In this document: piece by piece, positions 50,836-64,000 of the stretch
Numbering within the stretch: position 1 is the stretch's first letter
Layout: each line of letters opens with the position of its first letter
Source of the DNA: Mustelus asterias
Lineage: Eukaryota
Assembly (NCBI RefSeq): GCF_964213995.1
Contig: NW_027590147.1
Coordinates: 62,001 to 126,000, forward strand
Length of the DNA stretch: 64,000 bases
Direction of reading: 5' to 3'
Position numbers and translations under genes: made by a program
Notes under the pieces: model-generated
The model's database searches: none
What the model was told of the DNA's origin: nothing
What the model saw: only the letters and a program-made list of their open reading frames with translations

Positions 50836-53800
50836 AAGATGTTGACGGTGCTCCCACTGCAGTCTTGTGATGAAAATATAGACTGGTTGGTGAAATGTAG
50901 ATAACAGGTAGAATTGATATCTAATGAGGACTTTATACTTTAGAATTGAATACAGGGCTCATTGTTACTAACGGGGAAAGAAGGGTTAAAACCCTTACCC
51001 AGAACCCTTTTCACACACACGTGGACATCTCTGAATCTGACACACACCAAATGGAACGTTACACAAGGGACTGGAATTCACTGGAATTTCTTAACAACCT
51101 TTCAATAGAAATGTCCTGGTACCGACTGTGACAAAGGACACAACAGACAGCAAGAACCAGGAGGAACCTTTAACCCAGAGAATGTTAATAACCTTGTTCA
51201 GGACACCGGTGCCAGGCACAGGAGGATCCCAGGAAAAACGGAACATTTAATTTCTGTCTGTTTCACAATTCTAAATGACTGATTCTTTAACAAAGGAATG
51301 TTTAAAAACAGCATTGTGATATTCCGAGGTCAACTGTGTCTGGGAAAGGGGCACACTGATGTGTTTTTATTTTAAACAGGAGGATCCATTGAAAAGCAGC
51401 TCTGGACGATACGAGCACCTCCTGACCTACTTTCAATTCATTTCAAATCACCCATCACTTTCCGTGGAATATTCTTTATTCTTCCCTGGGATGTGGACAC
51501 TGCTGGCAAAGCCCCAGCACACGGTGCTCAGCTCCTAATTGCCCCTGAACGGAGTGACTTGCTCGGCCATTTCAGAGGGACAGTTAAGAGTCACCCACAT
51601 CGCTGTGTGGGTCTGGATTCACATGTAGGCCAGACCGGGTAAGGATGGCCGATTTCCTTCCCTAATAGGGAGCATGAAGAGGGTGAACTGGACAGGTGTT
51701 TACAACAGTCGATAGTTTCATGGTCACCGTTTCTGAGACTAACTTTATATAATTCCAGATTGATTCACTGAATTCAAATCCCACCAGCTGCCTGTCCCCG
51801 GATCCTTTGCTGTGTCTCTGCATTACTTGGCCAGCGACATTCCCACCACCTCCCCCCGAATGGAATATTCCAGATAACTCTGAGTTAAACAGGAAGGAGA
51901 AAAGAGAAAGGCTTTGACCTTTGGATGACCTCATCACCAACTACAGAAACTTAAAGCTGACCATTCTGTAAAAGTTTATAAACTTTATTTTTATAAAACA
52001 CAGAGTAAGAAACAGGTGAAAAGTAACGATGGACGTTCCGACTGACATCAGAAACATTGATTGACCGGATAAACACTCACTGCATCACAGAGCGATCCTC
52101 AACCATTAAAGAATTGACCCACAATAAGGAATGAGAGAGCCTTATAAAAAGGGGCAGGAGTTTACACAGAGAGGTGACACCCACAGCTGCTCAGGATGAT
52201 GGAATTCAGTTCAGGAAGGGGATAAAGTGAGAAGCTTTTGTGATTCAAGGTAGAAGTATTGAACAATCTGGAATCAGTGCTTCTCGAGCTTGCTGACTGG
52301 CCGAACACTTCAATTAATCTCATCGTAACGACTCCAGTATAAATAAGATGGATTTGACTGACAAATGTTGAAGGTTTAGAGCCACAAGTTTCGACTTTCC
52401 ATTTGAGCCTGGGGCTCCTTTCTGTCTCCCTATTGCTCGTGTCAATGACAGCCAGGCGACGGAGCTGAGATTAACGGGCCTGCATGTCAGTTGGGAAACT
52501 GCCCTGGGCGTCGCACTAATAGACAGGAAGCTGCTGGAGGACTGACTGGGAAATGGGCCTCCAACCAATCGGGGCTCGGGAGGGGGTGACCGGGGCTGAT
52601 GGTGACGGAACCCCCAGGGTTCAGTGTCCCTGTGTCCAAAGCGGGGAGTCACAGGAACAGGGGACAGAGGAGCTGAAGAGAATCCAGTTGTGTCCAGAAC
52701 ATTGTGAATATCCTTTTACTCTGGTTGTCTTTGATCCTCAAGTCATTTTCTGTTTGTTTTAACCATGTTCTGTTTCATTAATAAACTTTTATCAGTAAAA
52801 ATATTTGATTGTTCTGGACTTTTCCTGATGAGATTGATGCACTTTAGGGAAAGTGGGTGAGAGGGGTTGGCAGGCTCTTTAACAGAAAGTGAGTCCCTCT
52901 AAGGTCATTGGCAAAGGAGCCAGAGGGGGAGATGGGATTTTATTTTTGACTCAGTGATGTTAGAAAATGGGGTTCAGGGAGTCAATTAACCCTTTCTCCC
53001 CTTTTCCCAAACTCTGAAATGATTCCCAGTGATAACCCTTATTGGTGACAGTGGTTAGATTTTATTCAGTATCAATAAGAGCTGACACAGGCTAATGTCT
53101 GAGCAGTCGTATCAAAGTGCAGCAGCATTACCATTACACTCTGGGTAGAAGCAGCATCTCCACGGAAATGCTCCCTGCTCTGCCCCAGATGCCATGGCAC
53201 CAGTCAATGCAATATGTAAAACCTCGACAAATCTCTGTGCTCGGGGAATCCCTTCTTATACTTTTTTACATCACAAAGACTATGAAGACTGATTTAACCC
53301 AATCATTGCCGAGCCAACGTTTGAACGGATCAATTACAAAACCTGTCATTGAACCATCTGTACCTACCCAAGCCACGTCAAACTCTCAAACAATTGTCTT
53401 CCCACGCTCCGTCCCTGGTACAGGGAGTCAGCATTCCCATGCCAAACAGTGAAAACATGGTGGCCTTGACACCCAGGTGTCATCCAGGATTCAAGGCACT
53501 CTTGTTTTCTCTGTCCTCTGGGAGCTGTTTATCTCCCTGTTCCCACACAGCAAGTCATCTGTTCTCAGCTCTGCTGGATTTCTGCTGAAGTTTGGCCCCT
53601 TTTACACCTTTCAGATCAATAAAACATTTGGTCAATGACCCAAACCACAATTTCCCATCCTGTCACCTGTCAACCATCCTTACCCAGAGCGTAATCACAA
53701 CAGGAATAAAAACAGGAGAAGTGTAACAATCAAATTCAATATAAATGCACAGCCAGTCATAGATTCACTAATTAGCAAGAAAATCCCAAGTAGGGGATCT

Positions 53801-56345
53801 CCCAGGATTCTTAAAGTCCACACCTTGAAGGGGAGGAAAATTATGTCGCTGACTCCTCACTCAATTTCACTCCGTTATTTTCCAGTTCTGTTCTGGCCCC
53901 GCCTGGGGTAACATCTGATCGATCTTTTTTTCTTCTGAAGGAGCACTGTGAGTTCTAGGTTACTCGTACATAAGGACAGATGCTTCAAGCAACAGATCAA
54001 GCATGGATGTAAAAGATTCTCCAACTCTCTCTTTACCCCTATCCGAGTTGTGGACAGTTCTTACTCAGTATTATTTCTTCCAAGCCCTTAATTGTCCTAA
54101 TCTATAATATTATCCATTTTATTTTAATTTTCCTCACTTTGTGTCCCTGTGCAGTGTGTTTAATTGGATCCTGATTGTTTTGAACTCAGTTTCTCTCTGG
54201 AGTGTGTGTCAGTGCCTTGATGATGTCACAATGTTGTCTCAATCCCCTGGCCACTTTAACCATTTCATCTCCTGCTGTGTCTCAAGTAGCTGTGTGTGTG
54301 TTTGGGACCCGCTCTTCACTCCATCTCACCATGAATTTAGGCTTGTTATTTTTCACATGTAACAAATCACATCTGTACACTCACTCCGGTATCCCAAAAT
54401 CATGTCGCACATTCTTAACTCTCAGATGTGCTGACGAAAGGATCAAAGTGAGTGTCTGTCTTTCTTATCTCCCCCTGTTATGGTCTGATATTTCATGCAG
54501 TAACCAGGCTTTCAAATGTGGATTTCTTTAAAACAAAGTTCATGGATGTCGGAGTGTTTCACAGACCAAATATTATGCTGGCCTTCACTGATTTACAACT
54601 CAGCTAATACAAAGAACAACATGGCAGTACGGTGGCACAGTGGTCAGCACTGCTGCCTCACAGCACCAGGGATCCAGGTTTGATTCCTGGCTTGGGTCAC
54701 TGTCTGTGTGGAGTTTGCACATTCTCCCTGTGTCTGCGTGAGTTTTCTCCAGATGCTCCGGTTTCCTCCCACAGTCCAAAGATGTGTGGGTTGGGTTGAT
54801 TGGCCATGCGAAATTGACCCTAGTTTCTGGGGGATTAGCAGGGTGAACAGGTGGGGTTACGGAGAAAGGCTGGGATTATTGTCAGTGCAGGCTTGATGGG
54901 CTGAATGGCCTCCTTCTGTACTGTTGGGATTCTATTCTATGAATATAATGAAGCTAATGTAATGGGCATCTTGTTTATTTTCAGCCTGGGCTAATACAGT
55001 GACCTGGCGTTTTATGATCCTTTTGGAATTGTTGGGTGGAGCCTGATTGAAAGGTCAGTGCTGTCTTTGGACAGTTTTTTTTTAACAGGAGAAAGTTTTA
55101 GTTTCATTTTGTCACAAGCTGTCTGGACTGCAAACTGAAAGCAGTGTTTGTCGTCTCTCTCTCTAGAATGAAGATTCCGCTGCCTGAGAGTTGCCAGCTG
55201 GAAGATAGAAGCAAGCAGTCTCTCTCTCTCTCGGTTTTGGAAGTTCCAGGACAGGGAAGGCAGAGTTTGAATTCAACATTTTAAGCGCTAATTCACAGCA
55301 GGTGTTAAAAAGCTGCCAAATCCAGCATCACGTGAGCATACCTGCTTTCTGTGCAAAACCTAGAATGGGGTGTATATTTGTAGGGATTATTTGATTTGGA
55401 ACACTAAGCTGCACTGGTTGATATAAGAAAGATCATGGTTGCTTTTTATTGCAATTGGTAAAAGTTATGCTATTTTTTCTAATTATATTTTAACTGTGTT
55501 CTTAAATTAACTTTGTTTGATAAAAGCTTCCTAGTGGGTCACTTGAATCGTACCTGGAGTGAAACACCTTACACTCACTCGAGTGCAAATCTTATGGCGA
55601 GGCTGATTTTCTAAAACACCTTGGATTTCTGACCTGGATCATAACACATTTCACCCACATTCAAGGTGAGTTATTCAAATTCCTTTATTGTCCAGGACAA
55701 TATGTTTGCAATATTTTTAAAACAGAAATTCGACCTCCACAGTTAATTTCAGGTTTAAACATATTCTGTTAGTTTGTTCTTTATTGTCGCTGTCAGGCTG
55801 GGGTTGTTCCCCTTGGAGCAAAGGAGGTTGAGGGGAGATTTGATAGAGGTAGACAAGATTCTGACAGGTTTAGATAAGGTGGACAAAGAAAAGCTGTTCC
55901 CATTAGCTGACGGGACAAGGACGAGGGGGACATAGATTGAAGATTTTGGGTCAGAGATGCAGGAAGAGATGTGAGGGAGAATATTTTGATGCAGTGAATG
56001 GTAATGACCTGCAACTCGCTGCCTACGAGGGTGGGGGAAGTGGAGACTATAAACAATTACAAAGGAAATTGGATGGGCATTTGGGGGATTTCAAAAATAA
56101 ATGCTGATGAAATATCTCTGAATTTCCTAACACCCTGTCACTCTGTGACCCTTGTGAAATTTGAAACCAGGGATTCGCAACAAGACTCGAAGAGCATCAG
56201 CCCACTGGAGGCAAAGTCATGAGACCGGCCAGTCCAGCAGAAAGAAACCCTCCGACCCTCCCCATTGGCCAAGAATGAACAAAATGCAGTCCTGGATGTA
56301 ATTGAGAGCAGAAACAATAACAGCAGAATCTAATCCCCATATTCA

Positions 56346-57269
56346 CTAGTGAACTTGTTGGTGTGTCAGCAGGGTGGATGAATCACAGAATCCCTTCCCA
56401 CACTGAGAGCAGGTGAATGGTCTCTCCTCGGTGTGAACTCGCTGGTGTGATTGCAGGGTGGATAACCGAGTGAATCCCTTCCCACACACGGGGCAGATGA
56501 ACGGCCTCTCTTGAGAGTGAACTCGCTGGTGTCTCCGCAGATTAGATAACTGAGTGAATCCCTTTCCACACTGAGAGCAGGTGAATGGCCTCTCCCCAGT
56601 GTGAACTTGCTGGTGTGACTGCAGGGTGGATAACCGAGTGAATCCCTTCCCACACACGGCGCAGGTAAATGGCCTCTCCCCGGTGTGAACTTGCTGGTGT
56701 GTCTGCAGGTTTGATAAATGAATGAATCCCTTCCCACACTGAAAGCAGCTGTATGGCCTCTCCCCAGTGTGATCTCGCTGGTGTGTCTGCAGGTTGTATA
56801 ACTGGGTGAATCCCTTCCCACACTGAGAGCAGGTGAACGGTCTCTCCCCAGTGTGAACTCGCTGGTGTGCCTGCAATTGAGATAACTGAGTGAATCTTTT
56901 CCCACATGCAGAGCAGCTGAATGGCCTCTCTCCTGTGTGAACATGCTGGTGTCTCTGTAGGTTGGATGACTCAGTGAATCCCTTCCCACACTGAGAGCAG
57001 GTGAATGGCCTCTCCGCAGTGTGAACTCGCTGGTGTGTCTGCAGGCTTGATATCTGAGTAAATCCCTTCCCACACTGACAGCAGGTGAATGCACTCTCAC
57101 CAGTGTGAACTTGCTGGTGTCTCTGCAGAGTGGATGAATCAGTGAATCCCTTCCCACACACCCAGCAGGTGAACGGCCTCTCCCCAGTGTGGCTGCGCCG
57201 ATGAGCTTCCAGTAGAGAGGGTGCTTTGTATCTCTTCCCACAGTCCTCACATTTCCACGGTTTTTCCAA
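56346..57269 (-). CDS. C2H2 zinc-finger array (11 fingers), probable pseudogene
   Basis: 11 CxxC-HxxxH fingers; TTG where paralogues have ATG-GAG-AAA, and an in-frame TGA just upstream. Confidence 0.8.
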   Translation of the reverse strand: MEKPWKCEDCGKRYKAPSLLEAHRRSHTGERPFTCWVCGKGFTDSSTLQRHQQVHTGESAFTCCQCGKGFTQISSLQTHQRVHTAERPFTCSQCGKGFTESSNLQRHQHVHTGERPFSCSACGKRFTQLSQLQAHQRVHTGERPFTCSQCGKGFTQLYNLQTHQRDHTGERPYSCFQCGKGFIHLSNLQTHQQVHTGERPFTCAVCGKGFTRLSTLQSHQQVHTGERPFTCSQCGKGFTQLSNLRRHQRVHSQERPFICPVCGKGFTRLSTLQSHQRVHTEERPFTCSQCGKGFCDSSTLLTHQQVH

Positions 57270-58676
57270 ATTGTCGGTCTCCTTGTATCATTGCAGGTCA
57301 ATCATTTGAAGCCTTGTCCACACAGAGAACACGGTATGGTCTCTCCCTGCTGTGAATGCTGCAATGTATTTTCAGGCTGTGTAACTGGTTAAAGCTCTTT
57401 CCACTGTCAGTGCACTGGAACACTCTCACTCGGGTGTGTGTTTGTGTCCCGGTGTTTTTCCAGTCACACTGCTGCTTAAAATCTTGCAGTGGACAGACCG
57501 GTCAAACATTTCTCCTTCCCATTCAGAGGCTGAGGATATTTAGTATCCAAGGAATCGAGTGACTCTGTCAGATCGAGATGTGATAGATAAGATTTATCGG
57601 TGTGATTCCTCTTCTAATATCCTGTAAAAACAATTTACAAAAGTCATCACAATCAGTACAGGATAGAAATTCAGAACAGACAATTCTAGTTTCTATGGAA
57701 CATTCTTTCCTCTCTCATTCCCCAAAAGCTGTGAATCTCCATCCCACACACTCTCCCTCCATTCTCACTCTGCTGTATCTAATATTCACCCTCCCAATTC
57801 TCCTGAAGGTGCTCTTTCCACAGTCAGTGCACTGGAACACTCTCATTCGAGTATGTGTGTGTCTCGGTGATTTGCCACTCACATCGATGTTTAAAACTTT
57901 CTGCAGCAGACGGTACAGAGAAACATTTCTTCTTCTGGATTCAAAGGCCAATGATAATCAGATCCTGATGAATTGAGTGAGGACAGGACGTTTGGTTTGA
58001 GATTTCTGTCTGTAAATCCTCATCACCTGATATCCTGTAAAAGAAGTTTACAAAAGTCATCACTCAGTACAAGATAGAAATTCAGAACAGATAATTCTAG
58101 TTTCTAAGGAACATTCTTTCCCCTCTCATTCCACAAAAGCTGTGAATCTCCATCCCACACACTCTCCCTCCATTCTCACTCTGCTGTATCTAATATTCAT
58201 CCTCCCAATTTTCCTGAAGGTGCTGATTCAGGCTGATTGACAGATCCATGCTCACGGCTTCCTGTCAATCTTTTCGGTAAAACAATTAAACTAAATCAAA
58301 TCAACTGAGGGACAAATAAACATTCTGTTAATCTTTTTGGCAAAACAAGTAAACCAAATTAAATTAAATGAGGGATAGATCAAAAGGGGCAGACCTCAAA
58401 AAGAAGGGAATCGCCTGTCCTGGACACAGAGAGCTGGAAATCTCCATGCAGGCGGCCAGACAGATATATGTCTATCTGACTGGAGTAACAATGTGTGGAA
58501 TGTACAGACTGGATTCACTTCCTTACCCTTCAGTTGCTGCAAGTCCCCAATTTCCCCCAGAGTGAGAAATGAAATGGAAAGGGGGAAACATTGATTTCCT
58601 CCCAGATGGTTTTTCTTTTGTTTTATTCAAACAAAATACAGAAAATTAAAAGTTTCTTTAGACGCTGACATACCAA

Positions 58677-59970
<1,294 letters not shown>

Positions 59971-60893
59971 GTGAGTAAAACACTTTCTTTTATCCCCTTT
60001 CCAATTCTTTTCTCATTCTGGGGGAAATTGGAGACTTGCAGCAACTGAAGGGAAAGGAAGTGAATCCAGGGAGGCTGCAGACTCTGGAAAGGTTGGCCCA
60101 GGTCTCTCTCTCTCTTAAAGACATTGACATCCTTTGCTCCCTCAGCTTGACACATTGATTTGTCTGGCTAAAAGGATGGTCCCTTTCCGAATGTTCACAA
60201 TTAAAGGGCAGGTCTCCCCAGGAGATGGCTGACATTTAAGAGAACAATAAATTAATATAGGACAGAGATATGCCTAGTGTTGTTATATTGTAGATTTGAT
60301 ATATTATTTATGGTTCTGTAACAAAGTACATTTATTATTATTTCTCATCTTGTAATGTAACACTGAAGCTATGTTATATATTTTCACTCATTGAGTCATT
60401 ACAGCACAGAAGGAGTCCATTCAGTAACTCGAATCCATGCCGACTCTCTATAGAACAATCCAGTCAGTCCCATTCCCTTTCTATATTCCCTTTCCCCTGC
60501 AAGTTTATTTCATTCATGTGCCCATCTAATTTCTGAAATATATTAAAGGGGACAGTAAACTAATATAGGACAGAGACGTGTCTGATGTTGATTTTTTAAA
60601 AATTCATCCTTGGGACACGGGCATTGCCGGCTGGGCCAACATTTATTGCCCATCCCTAATTGCCCTTGAACTGAATGGCTCGCTGGGCCATTTCAGAAGC
60701 TGGGTGAGAGTCAACCACATTGCTGTGTCTCTGGAGTCACATGTAGGCCAGACTGGGTAAGGACGGCAGATTTCCTTCCCTGAAGCACATTAATGAACGA
60801 GATGGGTTTTTTTGGTCAATCGACAATGGTTTCATGGTCATCAGTAGATTCTTAATTCCAGATTTTGTTTTTAAATTCAAATTGCACCATCTG

Positions 60894-62347
60894 GTATAGT
60901 ACCAGAAGATTGGAGGTTAGCGAATGTTGTCCCATTGTTTAAGAAGGGGAACAGAGACTTCCCCGGGAATTATAGACCGGTGAGTCTCACTTCTGTTGTC
61001 GGCAAGATGTTGGAAAAAATTATAAGGGATAGGATTTATAGTTATTTGGAGAGTAATGAATTGATAGGTGATAGTCAGCATGGTTTTGTGGCAGGTAGGT
61101 CGTGCCTTACTAACCTTATTGAGTTTTTTGAGAAAGTGACCAAGGAGGTGGATGGGGGCAAGGCAGTGGACGTGGTATATATGGATTTTAGTAAGGCGTT
61201 TGATAAGGTTCACCATGGTAGGCTTCTGCAGAAAATGCAGATGTATGGGATTGGGGGTGATCTAGGAAATTGGATCAGGAATTGGCTAGCGGATAGGAAA
61301 CAGAGGGTGGTGGTTGATAGTAAATATTCATCGTGGAGTGCGGTTACAAGTGGTGTACCTCAGGGATCTGTTTTGGGGCCACTGCTGTTTGTAATATTTA
61401 TTAATGATCTGGATGAGGGTATAGTTGGGTGGATTAGCAAATTTGCTGATGACACCAAAGTCGGTGGTGTGGTAGACAGTGAGGAAGGGTGTCGTAGTTT
61501 GCAGGAAGACTTAGACAGGTTGCAAAGTTGGGCCGAGAGGTGGCGGATGGAGTTTAATGCGGAGAAGTGTGAGGTAATTCACTTTGGTAGGAATAACAGA
61601 TGTGTTGAGTATAGGGCTAACGGGAGGACTTTGAATAGTGTGGAGGAGCAGAGGGATCTAGGTGTATGTGTGCATAGATCCCTGAAAGTTGGGAATCAAG
61701 TAGATAAGGTTGTTAAGAAGGCATATGGTGTCTTGGCGTTTATTGGTAGGGGGATTGAATTTAGGAGTCGTAGCGTTATGTTGCAACTGTACACAACTCT
61801 GGTGCGGCCGCACTTGGAGTACTGTGTGCAGTTCTGGTCCCCACATTACAGGAAGGATGTGGAGGCTTTGGAGAGGGTGCAGAGGAGGTTTACCAGGATG
61901 TTGCCTGGTATGGAGGGGAGATCCTATGAGGAGAGGCTGAGGGATTTGGGATTGTTTTCGCTGGAAAGGCGGCGGCTAAGAGGGGATCTTATTGAAACAT
62001 ATAAGATGATTAGAGGTTTAGATAGGGTGGATAGTGATAGCCTTTTTCCTCTGATGGAGAAATCCAGCACGAGGGGGCATGGCTTTAAATTGAGGGGGGG
62101 TAGTTATAGAACCGATGTCAGGGGTAGGTTCTTTACCCAGAGGGTGGTGAGGGATTGGAATGCCCTGCCAGCATCAGTTGTAAATGCGCCTAGTTTGGGG
62201 GCGTTTAAGAGATCCGTAGATAGGTTCATGGACGAAAAGAAATTGGTTTAGGTTGGAGGGTCACAGTTTTTTTTTTTTAACTGGTCGGTGCAACATCGTG
62301 GGCCGAAGGGCCTGTTCTGCGCTGTAATGTTCTATGTTCTATGTTCT
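60894..62347 (+). mobile_element. Young 5'-truncated CR1 (open 438-aa RT C-terminal frame)
   Basis: TSD ATCTG at 60889-60893 and 62348-62352; (TTCTATG)n tail; empty site at ~46538. Confidence 0.95.
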
Positions 62348-63591
62348 ATCTGCCGTGGCAGGATTTGAACCCGGGTCCCCAGAACATTAGCTAAGTTTCT
62401 GGATTAATAGTCTAGCGATAATACCGCGAGGCTATCCACTCCCCTGTTGTTATATGGTACAGATTAGATATATTATTTATAGCCCTGTAATGAAATACAC
62501 TTGTTATATCTGGCTGTGTAATTTTGGACTGCAGCTATATTATATATTTCCAACAATCTCTTCCCTCAGAGAATTGTTAGTATCTAGATTTCTCTTCCAT
62601 AGGGACCAGTGGAGGGATTGAATATATTCAAGGATGAGTTAGACAGTTTTTGAATGACAAGGGAGTCAATAATTATTGGGAACAGGCTGGAAAATGGAGA
62701 GAAAGCTCAGATGAGGATTTCTTCACTCAAGGATGTGGTGATGTTTTGGATTCTCTACCCCAGAGGACTATAGAGCCTCAGTCATCAAAAATTTTCAAGA
62801 GAGGGATTGATAGGTTTCTAGATATTGAAGATATCGATGGATATGGGGGACAGTGTGGGGAAAATAATGCAGAGGTAGATCAACCAATAATCTCAATGAA
62901 TGGTTGAGCAGACTCGATGGGCCGAATGCTGACTGCAGCTCCTATTTGTTCTGATTTCTGTGCTGGACAGGAAGCAGTGAGCATGGATCTGTCAATCAGC
63001 CTCAATCAGCACCTTCAGGAGAATTGGGAGGGTGAATATTAGATACAGCAGAGTGAGAATGGAGGGAGAGTGAGTGGGATGGAGATTTACAGCTTTTGGG
63101 GAATGAGAGAGGAAAGAATGTTCATTGGAATCATAGAATTGCTGCATCTTATCAACCGTCCCTGAGCTTTCACAATGAATCCCACTTCTGAGGACACCCT
63201 TATCTCTGACTTGTCTGTACTGCTGGCAGTCTCACAAAGCAGCTGCCTGTGTGCTGATACGGGAGGCCCTGCTCGGCAAGTTTAATGCTCCATGACTGTG
63301 TCTTTAATGAATGCTCCATAGAAACTAGAAATGTAGATTTGAATTTCGATCATATTCTGAATTGCGATTTTTTTTTTTTCCAATTTGACTTACAGGATAT
63401 TAGACAAGGAGAAATCAGACAGAAATCTCCAACATCACATCGAGATCTGACAGAGTGACTCGATTTCTTGGGACCTGAATATCATCGGCCTTTGAATCTA
63501 ACAGGAGAAATGTTTGTTTGGCCTCTTGGCTTCAAAAGATTGTAAACATCGGTGTGACTAGAAATGCACTGAGATACACACACCCGAGTGA

Positions 63592-63693
<102 letters not shown>

Positions 63694-63743
63694 TGAGATT
63701 TAACTGATTGTTTAACCTGGAGAGTCACAAGGACACCCGCACC

Positions 63744-64000
63744 ATGGAGAAACCGTGCAAATGTGGGGACTGTGGAAAGGGATTCAGATACCCATCTGCA
63801 CTGGAAATTCATCAACGCAGTCACACTGGGGAGAGACCATTCAGCTGCTCTGTGTGTGGGAAGGGATTCACTCATTCATCCCACCTGCGCAGACACAATC
63901 TCACTCACACCAATGAGAAACCCATTAAATGCACTGACTGTGGGAGCGGATTCAGAAGCTCTCAGGATCTGGTGTCCCACCAGCGCACTCACACTGAGGA
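63744..64000 (+). CDS. C2H2 zinc-finger array (runs off window)
   Basis: [55 protein letters not shown]... Confidence 0.85.
   Translation, partial: MEKPCKCGDCGKGFRYPSALEIHQRSHTGERPFSCSVCGKGFTHSSHLRRHNLTHTNEKPIKCTDCGSGFRSSQDLVSHQRTHTE

Noticed and set aside
54958-55646. Possible second solo LTR (TGTAATG...CATAACA)
   Set aside because: Imperfect termini and no TSD; not supportable by eye
56366-57301. 311-aa overlapping ORF and similar alternative frames in ZNF arrays
   Set aside because: Stop-poor shifted frames are typical of repetitive C2H2 arrays

Overview
Eukaryotic vertebrate DNA from a cartilaginous fish (shark/elasmobranch, inferred from HE1-type SINEs, HER1/CR1 LINEs and NAR-type V genes). 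The left ~21 kb looks like the edge of a T-cell receptor alpha/delta locus. It holds a complete, apparently functional NAR-TCR leader-V-D-J cassette (minus strand, 931-2246, with 22/12-12/22 RSS) and five TCR alpha/delta-type V segments in mixed orientation; all five carry lesions, and one is split in two by a young CR1 LINE. The rest of the window contains: a duplicated tRNA-Val(CAC) unit (one intact gene, one decayed); a full-length CR1 headed by a 1.2 kb 20-bp tandem array and knocked out by a SINE; an unprocessed partial EMC4 pseudogene; three C2H2 zinc-finger genes/pseudogenes related by direct and inverted duplication; a truncated tRNA-Pro(TGG) with an 18-nt insert at the canonical intron site; and an intronless RPS3 retrocopy inserted in sense into exon 1 of a ZNF gene beside a bidirectional CpG-rich promoter. 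Much of the window is CR1, SINE, Penelope (with hammerhead remnants), Rex/Babar and LTR debris. There is no prokaryotic system and no CRISPR array. NAR-TCR is an already described system. The least explained items are the RPS3 gene-trap, the intron-like tRNA-Pro and the array-headed CR1. Coordinates were read by eye; repeat boundaries are approximate.
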